A stretch of DNA of 64,000 bases from Lama guanicoe. Taxonomy: Eukaryota. Below the pieces are notes generated by a model. That model was not told the DNA's origin, searched no databases, and saw only the letters and a list, made by a program, of their open reading frames with translations. The position numbers and the translations under genes were made by a program. The stretch lies in the NCBI GenBank assembly GCA_013239625.1, contig MU053379.1, positions 4,421,229-4,485,228 of the forward strand, in the 5' to 3' direction. This document shows, piece after piece, positions 32,133 through 45,321 of the stretch. Numbering within the stretch: position 1 is the first letter of the stretch; each line of letters starts with the position of its first letter.

Positions 32133-35100
32133 AGTATAGGCGCGTAACAAAGCACAAAGGATGACAAGCCACTCCCCTGTGAGGCGGACCCGGGAGCCAC
32201 CCAGCTTCTTAGAGGCCTGAGGGCCCTGTGGCGCAGCCCCACCCCACCCCGACCCCGGGGGGGGGGGCCGCCCAGCAAGCCCGCGACCCCAGCATCAGGG
32301 GACAAGCCTCAAACACACACACTCAGAGAGGCTGGCGTTCGGACTTAGCGCCCACGCTCTGGAGCAGTTGCTGGCCTCTGCAGTCGCACCCAGCGTCCCG
32401 GAGCGAGGCCTGGCCTCCGTCTAACTCAGGCTTGAGCGAAATAGGCAAAAACAGCGTCAGCCCAGGAGGCCGGTGGCAAATCTGCTGAAAGGAAGCGCTG
32501 GCCACCTTGCAGATAAGAGGGACAATGCGAGAAAGGACTTTCAGAGTTTCCTCCTAAAACACATGGGCTTTATCTCCAAGAACAGACCGAAACACGCTCG
32601 CTCTCCAACGAGCACTTCGGTGTGTGTCAGTCACGGGGCTCGGGTGCATTTAGGTGCTGGACTCTGCGGAGAGTCCCTCTTTATTTTGGTGGACAGACTC
32701 CACAGATCACACAGATGTGAGGTGCAGCTTTCACAGCCCGAGAAGACAGATGTTTTCAGGGATTAAATCTCAGATTCCCAAGCGAGCCCTATTGTTTCAG
32801 CGACGGAACACGTAGGGGACGTTACAGCGTTTTGCAGCTGCTAGAAATCAGAGCCTTCCTGTTTTCCTGAATCAGACAATGGAGAAGCCAAGAAGAAAAA
32901 TAAAAGGAAAAGGTTTTCCTGTATTTTCTTTAAAGAAAAAAAACTGTGTTATTTTGAATTTAGTGCCTTTTTTCCCTCAGATCTCACATCTGCTCTCTCA
33001 GTTTTCACAGACGCACACACGGGAGACAGAGTCGGAATAAAAGCAGCCAAGGATCCAATCCACATCCTCCAGAGCCTGACAGGTGGTGAATCCGGGCCCC
33101 ACCACGGCCTCAACCGAGGCCTCGTGATCAGAAAGGAAGACGCGGAGCCCCATGTCCGGCTCCAGTCCTCCCGCACCACGGACCCAGCACGCGTGCGTGC
33201 GTGTCTGACGCTTTATTCCACTTTCTGCCTGATCATGGGGAGGACGTCGGGCTGCTCGGGGGGCGCGGAGGCCTGAGACAGCCGGCCAGCAAGCCTTCCG
33301 GCCTCGGGTCAGAACCCCTCGAGCTCCCCACCCACGACACTGCTGGGGACGCGGCTCGTGGGCGTCCCAAGTGACACCGGCAAGGCTGCTTCTGCCTCGA
33401 GCCACCCTGTGAGCGGCCGTGGGTCACTGTGCAAAGGATTTGAGAGAACTGCCCCACCCCAGCCATCTGCACTCATCTTCTCCGGGGGACTGCCCCCCAG
33501 CGTCAGCCTCTCCAAATGACCACCAGGAGACAGAGTGGTGGTCGCCCTCACGTTCAGGAACCGGCCTGTTTACGGAGATGCCCGCCCTTTAAGTACCCTG
33601 CCTCGGGAGGCGGGAGGCGGGGCGGGGCGTCTGTCCTGAACGTAGGGTTATTCAACTGTGGGAAATTCTGTTTGGACCAAAGTCTCCATTGTTTTGATCC
33701 TGTTCCCAAGGGGAGCCTCTTCTTGTCCCCAGCGCCTGGTTACTCGCCCCCTAGCTGGTCAGGGACTGAGCAGCTCCCAGCCCACCCCGGCCCAGCCCCA
33801 GGTCACGGTCACGGCTGGACAGGGTCTGTGCCCGCAGAGCACCCTCTATGCTCTGTCCGTCTGAACATTTCTTGGGCCGTCACAGCCGAGCTGCCTGGGT
33901 GTCTGGACACGAGGACGGTTTGTCAAGGTCCACACAGCCCCTGGGCACCTGTTTGTCCCTGCCATGGCCCCTGAGTCCCCAGAGCAAGGATTCTGCCTCC
34001 GCAGGCGAGGGGCAGTGGTGTTGGAGGGGAGAAGACAGCGTCTGCTTGAGGCCAGCGGCTGTCGTCAGATTCGCTGCCTGAGGTCGTCCAGTCGGGGGAT
34101 CCCGGCCGCTGCGGGGGGGTGGCCGCGAGGGCAGACAGACTCCCTCACTTGAGGAGGGGCTGGCTCTGACCCATGGGGTTTGGAGAAACTGTTGCTTATC
34201 CCTTGTGGGTGCCACAGCTGGGGCGGCCAGGCAGGGCTGCACCTTCCCACCCCAGGAGAATTCAAACCCAGAACCAGAACGGGGCCGGGCTGTGGGGGAG
34301 TCCAACACAGAGATCAAGGGCACGTCAGCGACCTCGGTCCGTTCAAGGCCACGGGCACGGTGGGGGCTGGGGGCAGCAGGTTGGGACCGTCCCCCTCACC
34401 CCAGTGATACGGGTGAAGGCTGTAACGGCCCGGAGTGAAGCGTTTCGTGTCAGTGCAGACGCACATCAGCCATAATCAGCCGAGCAGCGATGGCCAGCCC
34501 CCCCAGGGGTACTAACACCAGCGTCCGAGTGGGAACAGGAGGACACTAGGTGACTTTAAAAAATGGTGTCCCGAACCCCTGTGGGCCCCGTTCAGTCTCC
34601 ATCCTCCCTTCCCTCCCCCACCTTACTTTTCCATTTGCTGTTTAAAATAAAGTCGGAACCATAGCAGCTACATTTCAAAATTGGCCAAAGGGCGTCTGCT
34701 TGGCGCTGGAGGTGGTGCGCTGGGGCCCTGCCCACACGGCGGGAGGCGTTCCTGAGGCGGAGCCGGGTCCCGGGGGCGCCCTCATCCTGAGACACAGAGC
34801 TCAGCTCCCAGGAGGGAGACCGGCCCCTGCTCTCCTGCGCAGTGGTGGCAGCAGCAGAAGCGCCCAGGCCCCAGGCTTCTGCAGCTCAGGCAGCTCCTGA
34901 GGGCTCAGGCCTGCGGTGGCCGGCTGCCTCCCAGGCACCCAAGCGGGACCAGCAGGGACCAAGCACCACCGATGGCAACAGTGTTTGCTGCGGGAAATCT
35001 TTGCAAGTGAGCACTTTAAAGCCAGGCTCTGAATTCAAGTGGCTCTGAGCAGTGTCCACTGTTGCACAAGACAGTCATTCTTTCCTTCTCACACCCTCCC

Positions 35101-36221
35101 TCCTCGCCATCTTTTTTAAGGGACAGAGGAAGGAGCCACACGTGTGGGAGGCAGCACTGGGTTAGCGCCTGCAGGGCCAGGCCTAGCCCTCGGGGGCCTC
35201 CTGCATGGTGAACTGTGCAGAGGTGCCTCTGACGGAGCTCTCAAAGCTCAGGCCAGCAGCCCTCACACACCCTTCAGAAACCACCAGGATGAGAGGCTCA
35301 GCGGGCACCCCCGCCGGGGCAGCCCGCAGGGAGGCCGGGCAGCTGCGAGGGGCGGGCGCTGTCCTGGCCCGAGCCCAGGGCTCCCTGACTCTGTCCTGGC
35401 TACTGTCCGTCCCATCAGTCAAGCGTGCGGTAGCATCCGTGCATTTATTTAGAGGCACTGATTCAAGTAGTTTGGAGACAAACCCTGCCCTCTCACTCCT
35501 GTTTCCAAAAGCCCTTTTAACTTACTGCCTGTGACTTTCCCCACGTTGTTCAGACTTTACCTGCAGATAAACTGAAGACTCTCGGAACCTGAAGAGCTGG
35601 AAAGTGCAATTTCTAAACTTCCTGCCTCCTTGCCCGCTGCGTGTGCTCTGGTCGCTCTGGAGGATTTAGGTGGCTCCCAGCTCAGGAGAGCTGGGGATGC
35701 AAACGCCTGAATGGAAAGGGACGCCCCCAGTTCTGACCCTGCTCCCTCCCGCAGAAACAGCATCTTACAGAATCAAACAATTTCTCGCCGTGGCCTCCCA
35801 AACACCACAAGGAACACATTCCAGCCCTGACTGGCTCTGGCTCAGGCCTCTTCCTAGACGACGTGCATGGGCAGAGAAGTTCCAAGGGGCCCCGTTAGCA
35901 CCTGCCTTGTCAAGCCCCACCCAGACACGGGGCGGAATGAGCTCCGTAAGTTTGTGTTTGGACAGGGAGACGGGGGGGGGGGATGGTAAATACGCATGAA
36001 ATTCCTGAAATATCGCCCCCCCACCGACTCCCGCTCCGGGAACACCACCCACCACGCGTGGGAAGCCTGCACCTTTTAAGTTGCTGGGTGTTCAACACAA
36101 GATTTACAAGGATTTGGTACGATTCCAGTCCAGTCTTTCAGGAGGACGGGGGTCCTGCTTCTGGCAGGCAGAGGGCTCTGAGGACGGCGGTTGCTGTCAG
36201 CGTCTCGGGGCCTCCTCACCT

Positions 36222-36246
36222 TCAGCAGTCTGTCCCCGGCGTCGGA
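36222..36246 (-). CDS. CD93: CD93 exon 2 coding part (S-PTPGTDC-stop)
   Basis: Acceptor ttttgttttccccAG|T CCG ACG CCG GGG ACA GAC TGC TGA. Its phase matches the exon 1 end and restores the known ...YSPTPGTDC terminus. Confidence 0.95.
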
Positions 36247-36473
36247 CTGGGGAAAACAAAAGAGACACGTTGGAAGCTACAGCTCTGGCTGCACTGTCTA
36301 GGCCCGGGGGCGATCCCCGTGCACTGCGCCACGGGCAGGGCGGAGGGGGGACCCCGGGGTTGGGGATGCCTTCCAGCGTGGGCAGCGCCTGCCCCTCGCC
36401 CTCTGCCCGCTCTGTGCCGTGGTCGCCGCCCTCCACCGCCCTCTTGGCCCCTTGGCCGCCCGGGCCCCCTCAC
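36247..36473 (-). other. CD93: CD93 single intron, 227 bp, GT-AG
   Basis: Donor TACAG|GTGAG at 36474/36473; acceptor CCCCAG| at 36247/36246. Confidence 0.93.
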
Positions 36474-38398
36474 CTGTAGGGGTTCTCCGTAGCCCTGCTC
36501 TTGGCGCGCTCGGGGACCCAGGAGTAGCCGTCAGCCGCGCTCTGGGGCTTCTTCTCCTCCTCCTCCCTCCCGGCCCTGCGCTTGCGACAGACCAGCAGCC
36601 CCAGAGCCAGAGCCAGCAGAAGCAGGATGGCCACCACGGTGCCCAGGATGTAGAACAGCAGCAGCCTCTGCCCGTCTGCGCCCTCGTCGCTCTGTTCGGC
36701 CTTGAAGTCCTCCCCTGCCAGCTCCCCGGGGGCGGCGGTGGCCGTGGGCTGACGGGTGCTGGGCTCCGTCCCAATGCCAGGGGTCCCGCTGGGGGCCAGC
36801 ATCTCAGGTGGGGCCAGGGAGGCAGGGACGGGGGTGCTGGGGGGGAAGGAGGCTCCCCTGGAGGTGGGTGCCACCTTGGAGGTGCCCTCAGTATCCCTGG
36901 TGGGACTGGGTCTGGTGGCGGACAGCACAAGCGTCCCCTCTTCATTGCCCACGTGCCCCCTCTGGGGAGGCCTGGCCGGTGGGCCAGGGGACGTGGGGCC
37001 CCCGGTGCAGGAGACCCCGTCGGGGGCCAGCTCCCAGCCCGGCAGGCAGCCACAGCGGAAGGACCCCTCCGTGTTGAAGCACAGGCCGCTGCAGGGGCTG
37101 CCCTCCTGGCCGCCACACTCGTCCACGTCCAGGCACTGGGTGCTGTCCTCCCCGGCCAGGATGTAGCCGTCCTCGCAGGAGCAGTAGAAGGAGCCTCCAG
37201 TGTTGGTGCAACTCTGGGTGCAGGGCGAGCGGCCGGGGGCGCACTCGTCCACATCCCAACAGGGCCCCTCTCCCAGGCCGCTGGGCTCGTAGCCCACCCA
37301 GCACTCGCAGCGGAAGCTCCCGGGGGTGTTGACACACTCCTGGGCGCAGGGGGCATCCTGGCACTCGTCCACGTCCACGCAGTCCTGCTGAGTGGGGTCC
37401 AGCTGGTAGCCCTGGGGGCAGTGGCACGTGAAGTCCTTCCCGAGGGGCCCAGGGACACAGGTGGCCCCCCCCTGACATGGGCTGGAGCTGCAGGGGTCCC
37501 GGGAGGCGCAGGTGACCAGGTCGTCCCGCAGCCGGAACCCCGGCCGGCAGCCGCAGCGGAAGGAGCCGTCCCCGCCCTCGAAGCACTCCTGCTGGCAGCC
37601 CCCGTTGTTGAAGCTGCAGCCGAGCCGGGCGCTGATGCAGAGGGGCCCCGAGGTGTCCCAGTCGAACACGTCAGGGGCCTTCTCCTTGCACAGGAAGTAG
37701 CTCTGGAAGCTCGCGGCCCCGGCCCCGGCCCCACAGGCCACGCTGGCCACAGAGGCGAAGGGCACGGCCTGCAGGGAGGAGCTGCTGGCCTGGAAGGGGG
37801 TGCTGTAGTTCACCTGGCCGGGGCCCCCCAGGGTCAGGGGCCGGCACATCCCCTTGAAGCTGAACTTGCAGACAAAGCCCTCGATGCCGCTCCCAGGAGA
37901 CCTGGAGCTCCCGCAGGGGCCCTCGGCCCACCTGGGGAGGCTGCCGAGGGCGGGCAGCGACAGCTCCAGCAGCAGGGACACGCAGCGCTTGGAGATGCAG
38001 GAGTTCCTGGCCCCCTTGTACCAGTTGGTGTAGAGCGTGTCCTCCCCGCCGCCCACCCAGCTGAAGCCCTTCAGCGTCCGGTTGCTGTCCAGGCACTTGC
38101 CCTTGTCTCGCTGGAGCCCGATCCAGAACCGGCCCATGCGCCCCGCCGGGGGCACCGCCGTCTGCAGGAGCCGGGCCAGGGCGCTCTGGATGTGCCGGGC
38201 CTCCTCCTCGGTCTTCACCGTGGCCAGGTTGCCCCCCTTCTTGCTGCAGCGCTGCTGGGCGTCGTCCGCACTCAGCTTGCCCCAGTGGGCGGTGTAGCAG
38301 GCCGCCCCCGCGCAGACCACGGCCTCCTGCCCCTCGGCGGCCCCCGCCCGGGGCAGGGCCAGCAGCGACAGCAGCAGCAGGCCCAACGACGTGGCCAT
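36474..38398 (-). CDS. CD93: CD93 (C1qRp) exon 1; spliced protein 649 aa
   Basis: ATG at 38398 (ACAATGG, MATSLGLLLL signal peptide); C-type lectin domain (FWIGLQR, GFSWVGGGEDT); sushi-like region; five EGF repeats; mucin-like stalk; TM LLLFYILGTVVAILLLLALALGLLV; RKRR juxtamembrane motif. 1925 + 25 nt = 650 codons including the stop. Confidence 0.98.
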
Positions 38399-38514
38399 TG
38401 TGGGCTCCGGGTCCCCTGGGCGGGAGGCTGGCAGCCCCAGCTGAGCTGCAAGGGGAGCCCGGGGCTGCGACGTGGACGCTCTGTTGCCGAGAAGGACACA
38501 AAGGCTGAGGGCTT

Positions 38515-38670
38515 TCAAGGCCCCCTGACCCAGGGCGCATCCTGTCTTACTTCTCACCGGATACCCCGGCTTCCTGCGCTGAATTGTTTCTGACTCCTGT
38601 CACCCCCATCACGGTTTTGTTGTTCATAAAAGGAGCCAGGCCACGTCGCTGGGCCGCAGATAAGGAAAGG
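38515..38670 (-). promoter_or_regulatory. CD93 TATA-less proximal promoter with ETS, SOX and GATA motifs
   Basis: TTCCTG at 38571-38576, ATTGTT at 38583-38588, AGATAAGGAA at 38658-38667. The 5' UTR start AAAGCCCTCAGCCTTTGTGTCC near 38515 resembles the recalled human 5' end. Confidence 0.6.
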
Positions 38671-39961
38671 CGGTGGTGTGAGGGGAGACGTCTGCTTACG
38701 GCCCGGAGACACCAGCTGCTGCGTTCTGGCTCGGTGCTCGCTCCCATCTGCGGGAGGGCGCGCTGTGGAGCGAGGAGAGACTCTGTGGGGCTCAGGGCTT
38801 GAGGAAGCTCACTTTGTAACCCAAATACAGCTCCACTCTGGTTTGCAAACACCCAGAAGAAGAAAAAAAATTCCTCCGACTTGAGACATGAGGCCATGGA
38901 TGGTTATAATTTTCAGCCTTTTTTAGAAGCAAACTGCATTTCCTTTCGCCTCTCTCATGTTCCCTTTGGCTTTGAAAGTCTTTTTTCTCTGATTCCCCCA
39001 TCGTGAACTTTAAATAGATAGGCACTTCTTAAATAGGAACCAGGCCGTGGGAACGTCTGTGTTTCTTACACAATGCCAAGCTCCTCGAGGACATTCATCC
39101 AACGGGGTAAAATGTGGCAGTTTTCAGGGTTTTGTACTGCAAACACTGTGTTGTGGTGTGACCATGTCACAAAAAGTCTCAGAAAGGAAAAATGGAGACC
39201 TTTCTGGCCCCCCGGCCCCAGGCTCGCAGCTTGTATCTCTCCGCCTGGGGTTACAGGGAGGGCGGGCGGTCTGGCCCAGAACCAGCCCGGGCCACACATC
39301 CCTCCTTCCGCACAGCCTCTTACAAAGGCCCTTGGACCCAGCGGTTCTTTCCTGCGATGACAGATGTGTTTTGCTCCTCAGGGCTGTCACTGGTTGGGGT
39401 CCCAGAGAAGTAGACCCAAGACAAGGATCTGAGACAAGCAGTGCATTTAGGAGGGGAAGTGAGGCAGGGATGAGGAGGGGCCAGCGTGACAATGAACCAG
39501 CAGATGGGCTGTGGCTCCGGACCTCTGTTCCCTGGTGGGGAGGCCCTAGGAGACGGTGTGGACCACGCGTCAGATTCTCCCCGAGGCGGGGGCTGGGCTC
39601 TCCTCCTCCTGCTCCCCTCCCCCCGCGGAGGCAGCTCCTTATCAGTCTGGCTGGTGGGGAGGACCCAGGGTCCCGGGGGATGCTCAGGTGGAGGGTGGCA
39701 GGAACTGCCGTGTGGGGCGTGTGCGGCACCAGTGTCTGCCACACTGGCTCCCCTCAGAGATTTGAGTTAGCGTGTTGTGGGGCTGAGGAGCTCCCTGGCT
39801 TTCAGCCCCCACAAGGGATAAAGTAGCCACCCCCAGGCTCCATCAGAGACCCTCAGAGGGAGCGCCTCATGCCTTTCTGTGTTAATCAGAAGTTTGCAAT
39901 AGCCCAGAGATGCTTCCTTAGAACCCATAGGATTTTTCCTGTGCTCTTTAGTGCCCGTCGA

Positions 39962-40047
39962 GATCCATCCATCCATCCACTCATCCATCCATCCATCTAC
40001 CCCACCACCCACCTACCTACCCATGCATCCATCCATCCACCCATCCA
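39962..40047. repeat. (TCCA)n microsatellite
   Basis: atccatccatccatcc... with interruptions. Confidence 0.9.
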
Positions 40048-43000
40048 TTGAACCAATGTTAACTAAGGCCTTATTATGTGCTGGGCTCAGCACTGGGATT
40101 CTAGGAGAAAACTCTTGCCTCCATGACCCTTGACATCTCTTAGAGGGGACAGACTAGAACATGTTGAACAGTTGCAGCTGTGACAGGTGCCTCAGAGCAT
40201 CAGGAGAGGTCCGGACCTGGTTGAGGGGTGGGCTGCTGGGCTGGCTCCTGCTGGGGAGAATGGCAGCGAGGCCAGAACTGAAAGGAGGAATAACAGAGAG
40301 GAAGGTGATGGCCGCGCGGGGGAGTGGCTTGTACCCAGGCCCTGGGGGCGGGGGGGGCATGTCCTTCCTAAAGGAGCGAAGAAAGGCAGTCAGACAAGAC
40401 CCTGGGGAGTGGGGAGGGGGCGCTCTGGGAGCCCAGGCAGTGAAGACAGGGGGCTTTTCCTCTGAAATCCCTGGGGAAGCACTGACGTCTGGCATGGGGA
40501 GGCCAGCATGGGGGAGATTCCATCCCTGCAGTGAGGGACCACCAGGGGCACCGGAGGGCCTCTCCGCCGGCAACCGCAGGTTTCATGAAGCTGTGTCTTT
40601 CCCTTTTTTTGTGGAAGTAAAACAAATATAAAAATGTTTTAAATAAAAAATAAAGAACAAAGAAGGACAGTAGCCCCATCGTGCCCCCGTGTGACCTGCT
40701 GCACGGACGCCCTGGTGCACATCCCACGTGTGCAGAGCCACGTGAGGCCGCGCTCTCCCTGGGGGCAGCTTGTGAGTTTCCAAGGGTTCTGCACTGAAAG
40801 ACAGAACACATATACCCCAGATGCGAACCCCGCTCTGCAGCTCACAAGCTGTGTGACCTTTATACGCTGCTGGGCCTCTCTGTTCATGCACAACAGTCTG
40901 CGGCTGTTTCTGCACCTCATGGGGCTCTGTGAGGGTTCAGTGGGCTCACGCCTGTGCACCGCTGGTGAGCTACCATCCCACCTGGACTCTGCCTCTGGCA
41001 GTTAGAACTGAAATCACATTTTGGCCACTTGCTGGCTTTGGGGCGGGACCCAGACACTGCGCCTCTGTCACATTTGCTGCAGAGTGGCAGCTTTGATTTT
41101 CCAAAGGCTCCCTCCCACCCCTTCCGAGTCCTTGTTTGGCTCCTTGCTGGGCAGACGTTCTTGGAGAGCATCACTGACTTTTCCACACTTCGTAAAGAGA
41201 CCCCCCTCGCCATTTACCCTGCACAGTATTTACCGAAAACTTGACTGGGCCGGAGGCTGGCGTCAAGGCTCGCTGTGCTCATCTCCGGGATCTGGCAACG
41301 CCCCTCGCCAGCACTCGGAATCACATAATCACAAAGACAGCGGCGCTTTCGGCAGATTCCGTCTCCAGGGGCGAGACACGAGGCTGTAGACCCTGCTAGC
41401 GGGGCCGGCCTGGCGACGTGCAAGGTCCGTGCGGCGTTCACAGCACTCTCGGGGGGTCCAGTAAGTGGCCGTACACTTTAGCCTTAATTAGACAAGACAA
41501 TGTTACAGAAATAAAACCGAGCTATTTGCCTCACGTGCCAGGATTCGATTCTCTGTGAAAATGGGGAGGTTACATGGCGGTTCTTAGGAAAGAGGCCACG
41601 CAGGCCCAACAGACAGAGTCCGTTTCCTCCGGGAAGCTGACTGGGCAAGCCTGTAGATTCCTGGAATGCGCAAGGATGCATTGCCTCAAGGATGCTCTGA
41701 GAACCAGCCAGGGGCATCTGGGTCCAGGCCGGGGCCGCTCGGGAGAAGGGTGCCGGGCTGCCCTTGGCCTCTGGCTCAGGCCGCAGAGGAGCCCCGTGTC
41801 CCACTGCAGGAGTACAGGGAAAAGCTGAGCCTGTCTGCTGGGCAGGGTCGCCCCCACGCCTTGCCTGGCCTAGGCCGGCATCCCCAGACTCGAGCAATGT
41901 AGCACAAATGAGAGTGACAGTCCCCACCTTCAGTAGGTGTGAGTCAGAATGTGACACGAGCCCAATGACACAGGGCTACCGCCATTCCTCTGGGCCCCAG
42001 CTGCCCAGTGAGTGGGCAGAGCCCCCGCAGAGGCGCTGGGACTGCACCGGCGCTCGGTGCAGTGACGGGCGGCGCTCTCACTTGTGAGCACAGCCTCCCA
42101 TGTACCATGAGACAGTTCTAAGGACCATGGTTGTCACTTCTGCCCTGGCTGATTCTCGAGGGAGTGACCCAGAACACGCCAGAGGCAGGAGGTGTCCAGG
42201 GTCTGTAAGTCAGTGCCACAGCCACCCACCCCACTCCGCCACAGACGTGCAGAGGTGGCACCACCCCGGCATCAAAGAGGCCTGCCTGCCTGCCCGCCTG
42301 CCGCAGGGCCTGTGGGATTCCGGGGAGCGGAGCTGGTCAGAGCAGAGAGCCGACGGTGGGCGCTGCCAGAGGGGGCCCCCGGCCCGATACCCAGGCTGCC
42401 GTGAGCAGGGCACGGGAGCCGGGTGTGCCATCAGAGCCGGCGCTGAGATCTCGGCTGGTGCCCAGCGAGCTTTCCCCACCTGCCCCAGGATCTGGCTCCA
42501 GGCGGTCCCTCGGGGTGCGTCCATCACGCTCCGCACTGCGGCCATAGGCAGTGGGTGTCTGACCTGCAATTCTGTGTGGGCGCCTGGTCTGGTGGAGGCA
42601 GAGGAGGCCGACAGGTGCACGCGTCATAACGTCACCCAAACAGCACCATCGGAGGCTCACACACCCAGAGACGTGCCCGCCTGGCCCCTGTCAGGCCCAG
42701 ATCAGAGCCTGCCCATCTCCCCCGGAGGCGGCTGTGGAGCACTGGGACCCACCAGTCGAGTAATGGGGTGCCCACTCTGCTGGGGGTGATGAGGGGCTCC
42801 TCGGGCACCTTAGAATCTGGTCTTTCTGGCCCTCTCTGCAATTCCACAGAAGCCGGGAATCAGCCCGAAGCCTGAGGCCAGTGGTACCCCGGGAGTCCTC
42901 CTCTCGTGCCGGCCCCGCCCCTTGACTGCAGGTGGGTGGCCTGACGCTCCGGTGCTCTTCGTTGTCCATCTGTGACTGGCCAGCGTGACCCTGACCCTCA

Positions 43001-44989
43001 CCACGCAGCAGGGGGCGGGCAGACGGGGAGGACCGGAGACCGCCAGCGCACGTCTCCCGCCGGGCGAGGGCGTTTGCTGGGCCAGCGGATGAAGGACCTG
43101 CTTTGACACCCCAGGAAGAATGGGCAACCGAACGCCGTCCTTCTGAAAACAAACCAGTCTGCTTCCTTGCACCCCTCGGCTTGAAATGACAAAACCCGCC
43201 TTTTCCCAAGCCCCTCCGTTTCTGTGCGTCTCCACTCCTGCGCCCGGGGAAGAGGGGCAGGAGTGAGGACGGGAAAGGGGGCCGGGCCGGGGACTCGGCT
43301 GCGGCACAGGCAGGTGGGGGGCGTGCCGGGGGTGGGGGGCCCGCGACCCTGCCCAGGCGCAGTGAGGGGAAGAGCCCTTTTTAATCAGGCATTTCAACTG
43401 GGACCGGACTTCCACGACTGACGCCCCAAACCAGCACCGAACCCTGTTAAGACTGACGGGGGTCAGGGCACAGCGGCCCAGGGCGTGCAGAGGCCCCAGC
43501 TCAGTGTCCAGTGGATTCGGCTCCATGGCTGCCCTGACCCTGGGTGTACCTGCCTGAGTTTGGGCGCCTTTGTCTGATTTTATTTCCCCGGTGGCTGTTC
43601 CATCATCCGCTTCGTCCCCACAGAAGCTCTGAGCTGTGTCTGATTTCCATCTGCAGCGATGACTCACCCTGCCCACGCCCCACCCCTCCCCAGCCCGGCC
43701 AGGAAAGCGCTCCTCTGCGGGACTCGTTCCGGCCGTTTCCTCCGAGCACCCTGGGTTTTCCCCCCTCTCTTCTCCGGTCCTTTCTAGAAGACAACAGTTG
43801 GAAAGTGGTTGGGTCCCCAGACCTGGGGGACGGTACCAGTGCCCTCGGGCCTCGGCCGCGCTGTTCAGCGTGCCCCAAGGCGAGACACCCCTCCCAGTCA
43901 GTGACAAAGGTCACAGCAAAGGCTCGTCACATCTTCCAGATGTTGGCCTATTTATCTGCTGGAGGAGAACCATGGCCCCAGGCTGGGTCCAGCTCTTGGA
44001 CGTTTTTTGGAAGACCCACGCAGTGGTGGTCAAAACATGAATTGATTGTCAATGTTTAAGAAGTGTAAGATTTTACATAAGGGTCTGGATTTCTGGCTTC
44101 TCTTGAAAACTCAGAGTGTCTGACAACGCTGGCCCCACTCTGACGTGGCAACCAGTGGCCAGGCCAGGGTCCTCTGGTGCCGTGTGCGGCTCCTGCAGCC
44201 CCGGGGGCCTCAGCCCTGCTAAATGCCACCCCTGCAGCCCCCACCTTCCGTTTGCAGCCGCACAGCCGTGCTGCTGGAAGTCATCTGGGGCCCGTCAGGG
44301 TTCTGTGCGGATTCCTCTCTGCACGAACTGGGCTGTGGGGAGTCCTTCTAATAATAATGTCACACAAACCCTGGACGGCTCTCCAACAGATGCACTCACT
44401 CGTGCTTCGTACGGAAAGCTCAGCTGTGCGTAGCTGGCAGTAAGCGTCGGGAGACGCCAGGAGGCTACCCTCTCCCGGGGAGAACCCACGCAGGTCTGAG
44501 CCGGTGACGGCGTGTCCGACACCCTGGCCAGCACTGCACCGGGGCAGGCACGTGACCCAGGCTGCCCTTGTGGGCTGGGAGAGCTGGGCACTTTGGGAAA
44601 TTTCTTCTTGCCCTCAAAGGGAGACGTGAGAAATGGTCACCCCACCCCTGAACGGTCTTCTGAGTGCTGGTGTGCAAAGCTGACGGAGCGTAAACAGGGA
44701 AGGAGGCTGGGGCCTCGAAGGCCAAGCCCAAGATCTCCCGTTGGAGGCTCCCTCACCCGCCCCGCCGGGCGTGCGCGCCCGCCAGGACACACCAGGGCGC
44801 CCAGCCGCCCGGCCGTCACCTCCCCCTTCCAGCAGCGCCAGGGTTCTTCTGTTTCCCACGGAGGCGCGCCTCTGAGATCGTTTTTAAGGCCCACCCCTCA
44901 GCGGTCCTCCCCAACCTCCCTTTTTCGTGTGTCTTTTCACAAAGCATGAAAAACGCTCTCAAAAACGCTTTCAAAGAACTCACAGCAGC

Positions 44990-45075
44990 GGGGAGGGTGC
45001 AGCTCAGGGGTAGAACCCGCGCTTAGCAGGCACGGGGTCCTGGGTTCAATCCCCAGTCCCTCCACTAAAAAAAAA
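44990..45075 (+). mobile_element. Vic-1-like SINE with poly(A) tail and target-site duplication
   Basis: GGGGAGGGTGCAGCTCAGGGGTAGAAC...GGTCCTGGGTTCAATCCCCAGTCCCTCCA-A9, flanked by TCACAGCAGC (44980-44989) and TCACAGCAAC (45076-45085). Confidence 0.9.
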
Positions 45076-45321
45076 TCACAGCAACAAAGGTGGTGACCTG
45101 GACAAGCGCAGAGAAGGGGACAGCAGGAGACGGCCACCTGGTCACGCTCGGGCGTCACCGGCCTTTAACACGGCCTGGTTCAGAGCCAAGTCTCTGGCGT
45201 GAAGGGTTCAGCAGGTTCTCTGACCTTCAGGAGCAGGAGGGCGTGGCAGATACAAAATGCAGCCCCTAGGCCGTCAGTGACTCTGCCCGGCAGGGAAGAC
45301 AAGTCCTGAAACCCGAAGGCT

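Noticed and set aside
36470-36473. ORF-track stop giving CD93 the ending ENPYR*
   Set aside because: The TGA is inside the splice donor; the spliced product ends SPTPGTDC. Kept only as an intron-retention hypothesis.
38399-38557. 53-codon N-terminal extension of CD93 and the upstream ATG at 38540 (289-aa overlapping ORF)
   Set aside because: The extension starts at GTG, and both starts lie upstream of the probable transcription start (~38515). The signal peptide begins at ATG 38398.
36298-38593. 724-aa antisense and 478-aa alternative-frame ORFs over CD93
   Set aside because: Same stop-codon depletion artefact of GC-rich coding DNA.
43270-43340. G-quadruplex-capable G-runs (many across the window)
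   Set aside because: Ubiquitous at this base composition; nothing singles this one out.
42810-43907. 365-aa ORF (and similar 200-340 aa ORFs at 3534, 8666, 39047 and 48116)
   Set aside because: No recognisable homology or domain structure; long ORFs arise by chance at this GC content.
44990-45066. tRNA-Ala-like sequences as real tRNA genes (also 25801 and 31951)
   Set aside because: Stems are broken, and they have A-rich tails and, at 44990, a TSD, so they are SINE copies.
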